48,439 bases of DNA from Nitrospinota bacterium (lineage in GTDB: Bacteria; Nitrospinota_A; UBA7883; JBLYYQ01), in NCBI GenBank assembly GCA_048550035.1, contig JBLYYQ010000086.1, positions 1 through 48,439 on the forward strand, read 5' to 3'. The notes beneath the pieces are model-generated. The model did not search any database. It had not been told where the DNA came from and saw only the letters and a list, made by a program, of their open reading frames with translations. Each line of letters starts with the position of its first letter. The first letter of the stretch is position 1. A program made the translations under genes and the position numbers. Below, piece after piece: positions 1 through 11,507 of this stretch.

Positions 1-623
1 AAGGTTATAATTTCATGTAGGCGGTTCTTATCATTAAATATTGTGTCATCAATAGCCGAGCTTACCTTCTCTATAAAAGTCTTGACCATAATCTCTGCTA
101 CAACCTTTGATGTAGCATTTCTTGTAAAATAATAGGTTTCAGGATAGAGGTAGCCTTCTAGTGATACACCTTTTAAAAAATTATATTCACTACCACGCTC
201 AAGGGAGAGTGCAAATTCAATGAAATCATCACCCCCTTTGATCGGACTTGCATCTAATAGATTTGCGATATCTTTGATACTACTCCCTTCAGGCACTGTC
301 AATTTATGTAGCAGTGATTTCCCATCTGTTATAATCTCAACAATTTTAGATATCGAATATGATCGGTTTAGACTATATTCACCCGCCTTAATCTTGGTGC
401 CGACTCTCCAGAGCCTTACATGAAATTCAAATAGCACTCCAGAGCCGATTAGCTCCTCACTCATTAATTTTTTCTTGATTTGATTAAGAGTATCACCATG
501 CTCTATATTAATAATAATATCGGCCGATGGATCTCCTTCCTTATGAATCAGAAGGGAATAGGTCAAAGCAAGTAACAAAATAGAAGTAAATACTGTAATC
601 GTTATTACTGTTATCTTCTTCAT
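1..623 (-). CDS. mltG: Endolytic murein transglycosylase MltG/YceG, N-terminal part (runs off the window start)
   Basis: Minus-strand frame is open from the ATG at 623-621 to position 1, with no stop, so it is absent from the ORF track. My translation MKKITVITITVFTSILLLALTY... has an N-terminal membrane anchor and the YceG signature LEGYLYPETYYF. It lies directly downstream of ruvX, a common pairing. Confidence 0.75.
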   Translation of the reverse strand, partial: MKKITVITITVFTSILLLALTYSLLIHKEGDPSADIIINIEHGDTLNQIKKKLMSEELIGSGVLFEFHVRLWRVGTKIKAGEYSLNRSYSISKIVEIITDGKSLLHKLTVPEGSSIKDIANLLDASPIKGGDDFIEFALSLERGSEYNFLKGVSLEGYLYPETYYFTRNATSKVVAEIMVKTFIEKVSSAIDDTIFNDKNRLHEIIT

Positions 624-632
624 ATTGTAAGT

Positions 633-3126
<2,494 letters not shown>

Positions 3127-3150
3127 CTATTATCCTATTTCTAAACTGAT

Positions 3151-3954
3151 TTAGCGGAGAGTCGCATGGAAATATAGAAGATTATATGTTGCGTAAACAT
3201 TATTTGCGCTAGTCGAAAAATTTCGACTGTATATATCTAAAAACTGATCCATTATTTGTCGCCGTCCTAATCCATGTCTAGATAAAGCATAGCCAGAGCT
3301 TGCCCCGACACCTTTTATACTTTTTAAGAGCATCTTAACATCTGAATAATAGCTTCTCTTTGGCTCAGAGTAAACTGTAACTGTATTAAACCCACTCTTA
3401 GTTAACGCTTCTGTTAGTTTCTCTTCTGTATGAAAGTTATGTAAATGATTCAATTCTACCGATCGATTCGTAACTCGTAGCGCCTCCTTAATTGAATAGT
3501 CAATTTCGATTAGACTTTTTGCACCGAGTGTAACAAAAAAAAGCTTTCCGTTAGTTTTTAGGATACGTCCTATTTCTAAAAACAGTCGGTCAAGATCTGC
3601 TATCCATTGCAACATTAAGCTTGAGGCCACAATCTCAAATGATCCTGATCTAAGCGGAAGTTTTTCAGCATCTCCCTGTAAAATAAGGCTAGATTGTAAT
3701 TTTTCCTTTGCCAGTTTTGCCATATTAAATGCAATATCTACTCCGACTATTCTTTCAAGATTAATATATTCTTTTAGTAGAGCAGTTAATGTTGCATCGC
3801 CTATCCCAAGGTCTAGGTAGCTCTGATAAGTTAAGCTCCCTTCATCTTTTATAAGTGACGCTAAATTCTGAGCTGCAAAACGTTGAAGTCTGTTGTGCTT
3901 GCTATATTGATCTGCATTTTTATTAAATGATCGTTTTATTATCAACTTGCACAA
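3151..3954 (-). CDS. bioC: Malonyl-ACP O-methyltransferase BioC (SAM-dependent class I methyltransferase)
   Basis: 267 aa. Has the BioC-like N-terminus SFNKNADQYSKHNRLQRFAA, the SAM motif LDLGIGDATL and LMLQWI. Sits in a biotin gene context. Confidence 0.7.
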   Translation of the reverse strand: MCKLIIKRSFNKNADQYSKHNRLQRFAAQNLASLIKDEGSLTYQSYLDLGIGDATLTALLKEYINLERIVGVDIAFNMAKLAKEKLQSSLILQGDAEKLPLRSGSFEIVASSLMLQWIADLDRLFLEIGRILKTNGKLFFVTLGAKSLIEIDYSIKEALRVTNRSVELNHLHNFHTEEKLTEALTKSGFNTVTVYSEPKRSYYSDVKMLLKSIKGVGASSGYALSRHGLGRRQIMDQFLDIYSRNFSTSANNVYATYNLLYFHATLR

Positions 3955-3962
3955 AAGAACCT

Positions 3963-4790
3963 TTAGTTTCCAGTTGTAAGGAATTTTTCTATTCGTAGCG
4001 AAAGTTTATTAAGCGCCGTTAACTGTGGAGCATGACCTACATTCTTGATATTAAACTTAACAATATTTTTAAAGAGTTTATACCAGTATAGTTGAGACTT
4101 GATCGGTGTTACATTATCAATCTCGCCATGTGCTAAAAGAAGTGGGGTTGACATCTTCTCATTATCACTTACTAACAATGTTAAGTCGGTCTTGATAAGC
4201 TCATTTAATGTATCGATTAATACTTTTTTGGGTGGAGGAAAGTTCGCTTCATCCACAAGATGAGTCTCAACCCATTTGCGGCTTTCATCATCAACTTTCT
4301 CATTAGATGCAAGTAGCATTCCTACAAATGATCGGAGTCCAAACTCATGATCTTCGTTTAATAGTTTAAGTGTTTTTTTTAAGGTAGCTTTAGGCTGACC
4401 CATGTCAGACTCTTCTTTACTATCGACCGCAAACTTCGCTGTTGCAGAGAGGAATATGAGCGATGCCGGAGATGGACCTACCTTTTTTAATGCATATAAC
4501 GCTGCGATCGCTCCTCCCATTGACCATCCTAGCAATGTGAACGGTCCTCCTTTGATCTTCTCAGTCACAACCTCTTTTACTATATTACAGTACCGACTAT
4601 AACTGTATGGTCCTTGATCTGATTTCAGCTCGCCATGACCTGGCAGGTCCAAAAGTATCGTTCTAAATTTGCTCGATAACGATTTTGCTAATGGGTAGAG
4701 TGCTTTTTTTGTCTGACCCCACCCATGGAGCATCACAAGAGGATGTCCATCACCTATATCTAAAACTGATTCAGCCCGAAAGGTAGTCAT
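3963..4790 (-). CDS. Alpha/beta hydrolase, BioH-like pimeloyl-ACP methyl ester esterase
   Basis: 275 aa. HGWG oxyanion region, nucleophile elbow GWSMGG and a C-terminal GH. Lies between metK and bioC. The function is inferred from family and context. Confidence 0.6.
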   Translation of the reverse strand: MTTFRAESVLDIGDGHPLVMLHGWGQTKKALYPLAKSLSSKFRTILLDLPGHGELKSDQGPYSYSRYCNIVKEVVTEKIKGGPFTLLGWSMGGAIAALYALKKVGPSPASLIFLSATAKFAVDSKEESDMGQPKATLKKTLKLLNEDHEFGLRSFVGMLLASNEKVDDESRKWVETHLVDEANFPPPKKVLIDTLNELIKTDLTLLVSDNEKMSTPLLLAHGEIDNVTPIKSQLYWYKLFKNIVKFNIKNVGHAPQLTALNKLSLRIEKFLTTGN

Positions 4791-5959
4791 AACTTTGCTT
4801 CTCTTCTTAACTTATCTTTTAAATCTACCCGCTCCCAAGTAAACTCTGGGAGCTCTCTCCCAAAATGACCATAAGCTGCCGTTCTACGATATATTGGTCG
4901 TTTTAGATCTAAACTTTTAATGATTCCATAAGGGGTAAGATCAAAATTGTTACAGATTAGATCATAGATTATTTCGTGCGATACCTTTTCACTCTGAAAT
5001 GTTTCAACAAAAAGTGAGACCGGCTCTGCTACTCCTATTGCGTATGCTAGCTGTACTTGACATCGATCTACAATCCCTGCCGCAACAAGGTTCTTAGCAA
5101 TATATCTTCCCATGTATGATGCCGAACGATCAACTTTCGATGGATCTTTACCTGAAAATGCTCCTCCTCCATGCGCACTTATACCGCCATAAGTATCAAC
5201 TATGATCTTCCGACCGGTCAGACCTGTATCACCATGCGGACCCCCTATAATAAAACGACCTGTCGGGTTGATATGGTATTTTATCTCCCCATTTGACAAT
5301 CTCAGTTCATCTAGAACCGGCCCTATAACATCCTTGATCATCTTGCTTGAGAGCTCGCTTGAACTTATATCTTCTGAATGTTGTGTCGACAATACTATTG
5401 TATCAACCCTCGTTGGCTTCCCATCTTGATATTCAATTGTGGCTTGAGCTTTCGCATCAGGGCGAAGAAAAGGGGCATCTCCACTCTTCCTATATTTCGA
5501 TAGCTGCTCTAATATCTTATGTGACAGCATAATAGGTAGAGGCATCAATTCTTTGGTCTCATTGCATGCGTAACCAAACATTATACCTTGATCGCCTGCT
5601 CCTTGTGCTTTCGGGTCTGACCTTCGAACACCCATTGCAATGTCAGACGATTGGCTATGCATACAGTTTAAGATCGCGCAACTTTTATAATCAAATCCTA
5701 GCTCAGATGAATCATACCCTATATCTTTTATAATAGATCTAATCTCTTCTTCAAAGTTGAGATTAATCTTATCTTTGACACTATATTCGCCACCTATTAG
5801 AACTAAACCGGTGGTAACAAAAGCTTCGCACGCCAGATGAGCATCTTTATCAATCGATAAAAGCTTATCCAAAATTGCATCTGAAATTTGATCTGCTATC
5901 TTGTCAGGATGACCTTCTGATACAGATTCAGATGTGAAGAGATAATTGTTCTTTGACAT
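4787..5959 (-). CDS. metK: S-adenosylmethionine synthetase
   Basis: 390 aa with canonical MetK motifs [33 protein letters not shown] and [16 protein letters not shown]. Its stop overlaps the bioH-like start by 4 nt (ATGA). Confidence 0.97.
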   Translation of the reverse strand: MSKNNYLFTSESVSEGHPDKIADQISDAILDKLLSIDKDAHLACEAFVTTGLVLIGGEYSVKDKINLNFEEEIRSIIKDIGYDSSELGFDYKSCAILNCMHSQSSDIAMGVRRSDPKAQGAGDQGIMFGYACNETKELMPLPIMLSHKILEQLSKYRKSGDAPFLRPDAKAQATIEYQDGKPTRVDTIVLSTQHSEDISSSELSSKMIKDVIGPVLDELRLSNGEIKYHINPTGRFIIGGPHGDTGLTGRKIIVDTYGGISAHGGGAFSGKDPSKVDRSASYMGRYIAKNLVAAGIVDRCQVQLAYAIGVAEPVSLFVETFQSEKVSHEIIYDLICNNFDLTPYGIIKSLDLKRPIYRRTAAYGHFGRELPEFTWERVDLKDKLRREAKL

Positions 5960-6093
5960 CTATACCTTAAAATTAATCTTATAATAGTTGAGTTATTTAA
6001 TATTTTGAATTAAATATTTTTTCTATTGTATAATAACAGATTAAATATAAATTACACTTTACAATTTTTTTTGTAAGCTCAAAATAGGATACG

Positions 6094-6384
6094 ATGGTAA
6101 AACGCGCACGGAAGGGACGGGCACCAAGAAAGGATCGGAGAAGAGATCCGCTTGAAAAGAAGGAAAGCTCCGCTGAAAAAGCTGTTGAAGTTGAAGGGAA
6201 TGTCATGGAAGCCTTACCTAATGGGATGTTTAAAGTCAAGCTTCCTAACGATCTTGTTATTCTTGCACATGTCTCTGGTAAAATGCGTAAGTTCTTTATT
6301 CGGATACTACCTGGCGATCTTGTTAAAGTAGAACTCTCTCCTTATGATCTGACCAGAGGAAGGATAACTTTTCGCCATAAATAA
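6094..6384 (+). CDS. infA: Translation initiation factor IF-1 with a basic N-terminal extension
   Basis: The C-terminal 70 aa align with IF-1 ([20 protein letters not shown]...[36 protein letters not shown]). AGGA lies 4 nt upstream of the ATG at 6094. The only other in-frame start (6205) would remove conserved residues. Confidence 0.9.
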   Translation: MVKRARKGRAPRKDRRRDPLEKKESSAEKAVEVEGNVMEALPNGMFKVKLPNDLVILAHVSGKMRKFFIRILPGDLVKVELSPYDLTRGRITFRHK

Positions 6385-6386
6385 AA

Positions 6387-6719
6387 CTAGCCGACTGTTA
6401 GTTTCTCTATTTGCTCAAACTTGGCTCCCGATAGATCTTTCCATGTAATTTTCAGGTCGCTCGCTTTCTCTATCACCACTGTAAGCTCAAAATATGGATT
6501 ATTACTCACTCCAGGTGAGAGATCTAGCTTGAATATTCGTTTAGAATCTAAAAATATTTCACCGGCTATGATATAGTTGACCGGTTCCATTTTGCCAGTT
6601 GCCGGATCTGTAATTAGGCCATTATTGTTAGGATGAGTAATGATAGTTTTCAGGGTAAATGGTTTACCCTTCGTTATCGGTCCATCAACCTTAACTCTGA
6701 TCTTTCCAATATTTGCCAT
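6387..6719 (-). CDS. soxZ: Thiosulfate-oxidation carrier complex protein SoxZ
   Basis: SoxZ-like motifs: ITHPNNNGL, SPGVSNNPYFEL, ITWKD. I prefer the ATG at 6719-6717, which forms a TAATG overlap with the soxY stop, over the track's GTG at 6728. Confidence 0.8.
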   Translation of the reverse strand: MANIGKIRVKVDGPITKGKPFTLKTIITHPNNNGLITDPATGKMEPVNYIIAGEIFLDSKRIFKLDLSPGVSNNPYFELTVVIEKASDLKITWKDLSGAKFEQIEKLTVG

Positions 6720-7171
6720 TAGCCGCACCCTCCAACAGCTACCTGCACTACCTTGCTTTGGGAATATGCTTTTTTATCGCTACCTATAATCACTAACCGA
6801 ACAGTTGATGTCTCCTTCATTCTAATTCTAGTTGCAAATTTGCTATTACCTGGAAATTGCATCGAAAACTCTACCTCGAATATCTTTGGCCTTGGATTAT
6901 TATCAACCCAAAGAGCTGCTTTACTTGCTGTAATTGACCCACCATCAATCTGAATTGGAACTGCACGACCATCCTCTGCCACATTTGCAACATCTAGCTT
7001 CACCAGTTGATCCATTATCTTATTATCAGCAATGAATTTTTTCATCGATTTTTCTACCAATCTTCTATTTTTATTCGCGTTACTTGCAAAAATTGATTTT
7101 GGATTAATCAAAAATGTAGCAAGAAAAGTTAAAAAAAGATGTATTGCACCCCTACGATCTATTTTGTTCAT
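6719..7171 (-). CDS. soxY: Sulfur carrier protein SoxY (Tat-type signal, C-terminal GGCG carrier cysteine)
   Basis: 150 aa. Twin-arginine-like leader DRRGAIHLFLTFLATFL...FA and a C-terminus ...VQVAVGGCG carrying the carrier cysteine. Immediately upstream of soxZ. Confidence 0.85.
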   Translation of the reverse strand: MNKIDRRGAIHLFLTFLATFLINPKSIFASNANKNRRLVEKSMKKFIADNKIMDQLVKLDVANVAEDGRAVPIQIDGGSITASKAALWVDNNPRPKIFEVEFSMQFPGNSKFATRIRMKETSTVRLVIIGSDKKAYSQSKVVQVAVGGCG

Positions 7172-7278
7172 ATTTTAAACTCTTTAAATTTGGATGGTAT
7201 TCAATATCTATTATAAGACAGATCTGATTAGCACTCTTAAATTTCGATGACCCTGTTTATTGAAAACTATAAACCTTC

Positions 7279-7809
7279 CTAGCTGACCTGGTTAAATGGA
7301 GAATAATAATCAATATTCTCTTGCTCAACTAACTCAATACCATAACGCTTGAGCTCTTTTAAAACCATCTTAACAGTAGGTTTTATTGCATTAGCAACCG
7401 GATCTGTTAGGACCATTGAATCTTCATCAATATTCTGAGGTTTAGTGCCAATTATGGTTACTTCATTTGGGAGGCTATCGTTGATTTCGGCAAGAGCCAT
7501 AACTTCAAGAAACCCCATATCATGTAGTGAAATTTTCTTACCGATTGTCAGTTTGAACTCATCTAATGAAAATCGATATAGAGTGCCTGCTTCCCCATCA
7601 CCCTTAATTGCATCAAGTACAATAAGATTCTGAGACTCTTCAACATGAGGAAGTAGTGCTAATCCTGAGGTTCCACCATCTATAACATTAACATTTGACG
7701 GGAATATATAGTGACGGGTCAGCTCTTCAATAGCTCGAACGCCAAACCCGTCATCTTTACGTAGTATATTACCTATACCTAGTATTGTTACTTTGTTGTC
7801 CAAAATCAT
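7279..7809 (-). CDS. hupD: [NiFe] hydrogenase maturation endopeptidase (HyaD/HupD/HoxM family)
   Basis: 176 aa. LGIGNILRKDDGFGV and DGGT motifs. Located downstream of the hydrogenase structural genes. Confidence 0.85.
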   Translation of the reverse strand: MILDNKVTILGIGNILRKDDGFGVRAIEELTRHYIFPSNVNVIDGGTSGLALLPHVEESQNLIVLDAIKGDGEAGTLYRFSLDEFKLTIGKKISLHDMGFLEVMALAEINDSLPNEVTIIGTKPQNIDEDSMVLTDPVANAIKPTVKMVLKELKRYGIELVEQENIDYYSPFNQVS

Positions 7810-7872
7810 AAAATTATAATTAAACTATAGCTAAATCAAGCAGACATGATCTAGCTATAATAGATATCAAAA

Positions 7873-8565
7873 CTACTTTACATTCCTGAATTTGAACCCA
7901 CCAAAAATTGCAGCTATATGACCATCTCGCCAGATCAGTGTCTTTGCTACCTGCATATAGACATGAGTTATCACTCCTCCTAACATTACCCATAAGAAGA
8001 GATGATGAACCAGCCTTATATTCTGATCAGTCCCCAAAATCCAATAGATAGGGAGCGTAGCGATTCTTAATAACGATCCCCACCAGTAATCAAGTGAGAG
8101 TCCCGCTGCATAGAGGGCAAATCCTGTCCCGATCTGGAGCATACCGATAATAAAAAAAGCTAAAAAGATTAACCCGTCTAATGGATCGGTATGATAATAA
8201 AATGGTGGAGTCTTAAAATTAAAGTAACTTTTAAAAATATCCTTTGCACCTGTTAACCTATCTTTAGTCGGCATAAGCTCAAACCAATCTCTATTAAAAT
8301 TAGAGAAAAATGCTAGATATAAGCGGAGCAAGAGTGAAACACTCATAACAATAGCTGCTACAAAATGGATCAGCCTTATATCAGCCATTACTGTCTGATT
8401 ATAAGCTTCACCCTGTCCATAAAAGAAAGTAGGATCTCCTATATAATAGCCTGTAAGCATCAAGATTGTAATCGCCACAAACATTACCCAATGGATAACT
8501 CTTGTTGTTACATTCCGTACAAAGAAAATCTGTCTCTTCTGTGGAGATATCCAACTTTTAGCCAT
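7873..8565 (-). CDS. hupC: Ni/Fe-hydrogenase b-type cytochrome subunit
   Basis: 230 aa, four predicted TM helices. Conserved haem-ligand His residues in VIHWVMF, RLIHFVA, LVHHLF and ITHVY. Follows the large subunit. Confidence 0.85.
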   Translation of the reverse strand: MAKSWISPQKRQIFFVRNVTTRVIHWVMFVAITILMLTGYYIGDPTFFYGQGEAYNQTVMADIRLIHFVAAIVMSVSLLLRLYLAFFSNFNRDWFELMPTKDRLTGAKDIFKSYFNFKTPPFYYHTDPLDGLIFLAFFIIGMLQIGTGFALYAAGLSLDYWWGSLLRIATLPIYWILGTDQNIRLVHHLFLWVMLGGVITHVYMQVAKTLIWRDGHIAAIFGGFKFRNVK

Positions 8566-8585
8566 AATATTACCTCCGTTAAGCG

Positions 8586-10247
8586 TTATTCGACTACCTT
8601 GACTTCATACGAATCATTATTATCTTTATCAATAACATGAACCGAACAAGCAAGACATGGGTCAAATGAGTGTATAGTTCTCAACACTTCTAACGGCTCT
8701 TTTGGATTAGCAATTGGAGTTCCAACGAGCGATGCCTCAAATGCTGATTTGATACCATTCATATCTCTTGGTGAACCGTTCCAAGTAGTTGGAACCACTA
8801 GTTGATAGTTCTTGATCTTACCATTCCCTATTTCTATCCAGTGACCTAATGCTCCTCGTGGTGCTTCAGTCAATCCATATCCGGTTGCAGCTCTTGGCAT
8901 CGTTGGCTTGTTATATGTATCATAGTTACCACCTCGCAAATTTGCTAGCAACTCATCTAATAATAGATATGCTTTCTCAGTTACTATCTTTGCTTCAATT
9001 GCTCTAGCAGCAGTCCTCCCTAATGTTGAAAATAGAACATCAGGCTTAGCTCCTAGCTTACCAAGCAACCAGTTAACATTCTCGACAGTCTCCTTATGAC
9101 CAGATGCATAGTTGACCAACATTCTTGAGAGTGGACCAACCTCACATGCCATACCATCATATCGTGGAGTTTTAAGCCATGAATATTTCTCGGAGGTATC
9201 AAGACCTGTATAATAAGGTTCTGTCTCTCCAACCGAAGGATGCAACGGCTTATCAGATTGATGTTTAAACCAAGTGTGAGTAACATCTTCAGTTATCTTA
9301 TCTATATCGACAGGATGGACTGTTGAAAGATCTCTATCTTTAATCATGCCTCGTGGGAACCAGAGGTTATCAGGTTCGCTACCAGTAACATTCTCTGGTG
9401 TCATCCCATATGATAAATAGTTTGTCAACCCACCACCGATTGCAGCCCAATCTAGGTAAAATGGTGCTACAGCAAGTATATCTGGTAAATAGACATTATT
9501 AACGAAGCTTGCTGTCTCATCTAGTAAGAATTTAAAATGAGCAATCCGATCAGGATCAAGATCATTTACACAGGTAACACCACCTACAGTATAGGTCTGA
9601 ATATGAGGGTTTTTAGCACCAAAGATGGCATGCATTTGAGCTGTATGAGCCTGCAACTTCAATGCATCAAGATAGTGCGAAACTGCCATAAGATTTGCTT
9701 CCGGTGGGAGCTTCATTGCAGGGTGACCCCAATAACCATTTGTGAACGGTCCAAGTTGTCCACCTTTAACAAACTTTGCTAACTTATCTTTAACATTCTT
9801 AAAATCACCTGGTCCAGATTTTGGAGAGTTTGGATTAATTGAGTTTGCTAGCTCTGAAGTCTTTTGTGGACTTGCAGATAGTGCAGATACTACATCTACC
9901 CAATCTAATGCATGGAGATGATAAAAATGTACCACATGATCGTGAATATGCTGAACCATATGGATCAGCTCTCTGATAATCCTAGCATTATCAGGAATAG
10001 TAATTCCAACTGCGTTTTCTACAGCCTTTACTGATGCTAGCGCATGAACAGTAGTGCAGACTCCGCATACTCTCTGAGTAATGATCCAGGCGTCACGTGG
10101 ATCACGATTACGTAAAAAGACCTCAAATCCACGCCACATAGTCCCTGATGACCATGCATCAGTAATTCTCCCATTCTCAACTTCTATCTCAACCCGAAGG
10201 TGTCCTTCAATCCTAGTTATTGGATCTACTACATGCCTTTGTCCCAT
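8586..10247 (-). CDS. hupL: [NiFe] uptake hydrogenase large subunit
   Basis: 553 aa. RIEGHLR, the N-terminal Ni-Fe ligands RVCGVCTTVH and the C-terminal DPCLACSVH, followed by a 16-aa tail that would be removed by the maturation protease. Confidence 0.97.
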   Translation of the reverse strand: MGQRHVVDPITRIEGHLRVEIEVENGRITDAWSSGTMWRGFEVFLRNRDPRDAWIITQRVCGVCTTVHALASVKAVENAVGITIPDNARIIRELIHMVQHIHDHVVHFYHLHALDWVDVVSALSASPQKTSELANSINPNSPKSGPGDFKNVKDKLAKFVKGGQLGPFTNGYWGHPAMKLPPEANLMAVSHYLDALKLQAHTAQMHAIFGAKNPHIQTYTVGGVTCVNDLDPDRIAHFKFLLDETASFVNNVYLPDILAVAPFYLDWAAIGGGLTNYLSYGMTPENVTGSEPDNLWFPRGMIKDRDLSTVHPVDIDKITEDVTHTWFKHQSDKPLHPSVGETEPYYTGLDTSEKYSWLKTPRYDGMACEVGPLSRMLVNYASGHKETVENVNWLLGKLGAKPDVLFSTLGRTAARAIEAKIVTEKAYLLLDELLANLRGGNYDTYNKPTMPRAATGYGLTEAPRGALGHWIEIGNGKIKNYQLVVPTTWNGSPRDMNGIKSAFEASLVGTPIANPKEPLEVLRTIHSFDPCLACSVHVIDKDNNDSYEVKVVE

Positions 10248-10253
10248 TATTTT

Positions 10254-11402
10254 CTATTCTCCACTTGTATCATTGAATTTGTTTCGACTTGCATATGTAT
10301 AGATTGCATGTGCTGTAGCTCCTAAAGTTGCCGCACCAACCAATGTTATCCCAATCTGATCAGCAGTAGCTTCTACCCCTGGCAATGATACTTTAGGAAG
10401 TCTCTCGTAAAATGGTTGCATATTCTCCCAGAACTCTGGCTCTGAACAACCAATACAGCCATGCCCACCTTTAATTGGCCATGAAGTGTTTTGATTATAC
10501 TCAACCCAAGCACAGTTATGGTATGTCTGCGGACCTTTACATCCAACCTTGTAGAGACACCATTTCTCTTTTGCTCCTTGATCACCAAACTCCTCTACAA
10601 ACTGACCTGCATCAAAATGAGCACGCCTTGGGCAGTTGTCATGGATTCGCTTCCCGTATGCAAATACTGGGCGACCAACTTTATCAGTCTTAGGTAATGA
10701 CCCTAAAAGTAAAAAATTAACTATTGTGGCTACAGAGTTGACAACATTATGTGGACAGCCTGGAATCTTAACTAATGGAACACTTGGTGGAACCACTCCA
10801 GACTCTTCTGCTCCTCCTGCTCCGGTTGGGTTTGGATATTGTGCCTGAACTCCTCCATACGAAGAGCAGGTCCCAACTGTTAAAACTGCCATCGCATCTT
10901 TACAGACATCGGTTGCTATCTCTAATGCAGTTTTGCCAGCTATCATACAGTAGCCACCTTTAACACCTTTTGGTCCAGCTGTTACTTTTGATGGAATAGC
11001 TCCTTCAATCACTACTATATATTTACCACGGTTCTCTTCCATAGCTTGTTCTAGCGCTGCCTCTGCCTGATAGCCAGACGCTGCCATGATTGTCTCATGG
11101 TAATCAACTGAAATAAGATTTAAGATCAACTCCTCTGCTGTTGGATATTCTGATCTTATGAATGCTTCAGAATCTCCTGTACATTCTTGGAAATGAAGCC
11201 AAATTACTGACGGTTTCCTTACTCCTGTTTCTACCGCCTCTGCTATTTTAGGAATCCACGCTGCTGATAATCCTAATGTCGCTGCCATTTTTGTGCAAAA
11301 TGAGATAAAAGATCGTCTATCCATATCTTTTAAAATCTTATCTCGCACATCTGACTGACCCGCTATATGACCTGCAATCGGACTCTGGATTGTTTTACAC
11401 AT
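10254..11402 (-). CDS. hupS: [NiFe] uptake hydrogenase small subunit (Tat signal)
   Basis: 382 aa. Twin-arginine leader DRRSFISFC...AEA. Fe-S ligand regions ECTGD(S), GTCSSYGG, GCPHN, HDNCPRRAHF, CLYKVGCKGP and GHGCIGC. GGAG lies about 10 nt upstream of the ATG at 11402. Confidence 0.95.
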   Translation of the reverse strand: MCKTIQSPIAGHIAGQSDVRDKILKDMDRRSFISFCTKMAATLGLSAAWIPKIAEAVETGVRKPSVIWLHFQECTGDSEAFIRSEYPTAEELILNLISVDYHETIMAASGYQAEAALEQAMEENRGKYIVVIEGAIPSKVTAGPKGVKGGYCMIAGKTALEIATDVCKDAMAVLTVGTCSSYGGVQAQYPNPTGAGGAEESGVVPPSVPLVKIPGCPHNVVNSVATIVNFLLLGSLPKTDKVGRPVFAYGKRIHDNCPRRAHFDAGQFVEEFGDQGAKEKWCLYKVGCKGPQTYHNCAWVEYNQNTSWPIKGGHGCIGCSEPEFWENMQPFYERLPKVSLPGVEATADQIGITLVGAATLGATAHAIYTYASRNKFNDTSGE

Positions 11403-11507
11403 AATTAAATTGCTCCATTGCTTATTATATTTATTTGACTATTTAACAACTATTTGATTACTACTCCTCTTTTTACTCTTCCTCCCCTCATTAAACTAAA
11501 TTTTTGA

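Noticed and set aside
5960-6093. Possible SAM riboswitch in the metK leader
   Set aside because: The leader is about 130 nt of almost pure A/T, with no GC-paired helices or conserved S-box/SAM-II-like cores visible.
5997-6239. 80-aa minus-strand ORF overlapping the infA start region
   Set aside because: It overlaps the conserved infA coding region and the AT-rich promoter spacer, and has no similarity to anything I recognise.
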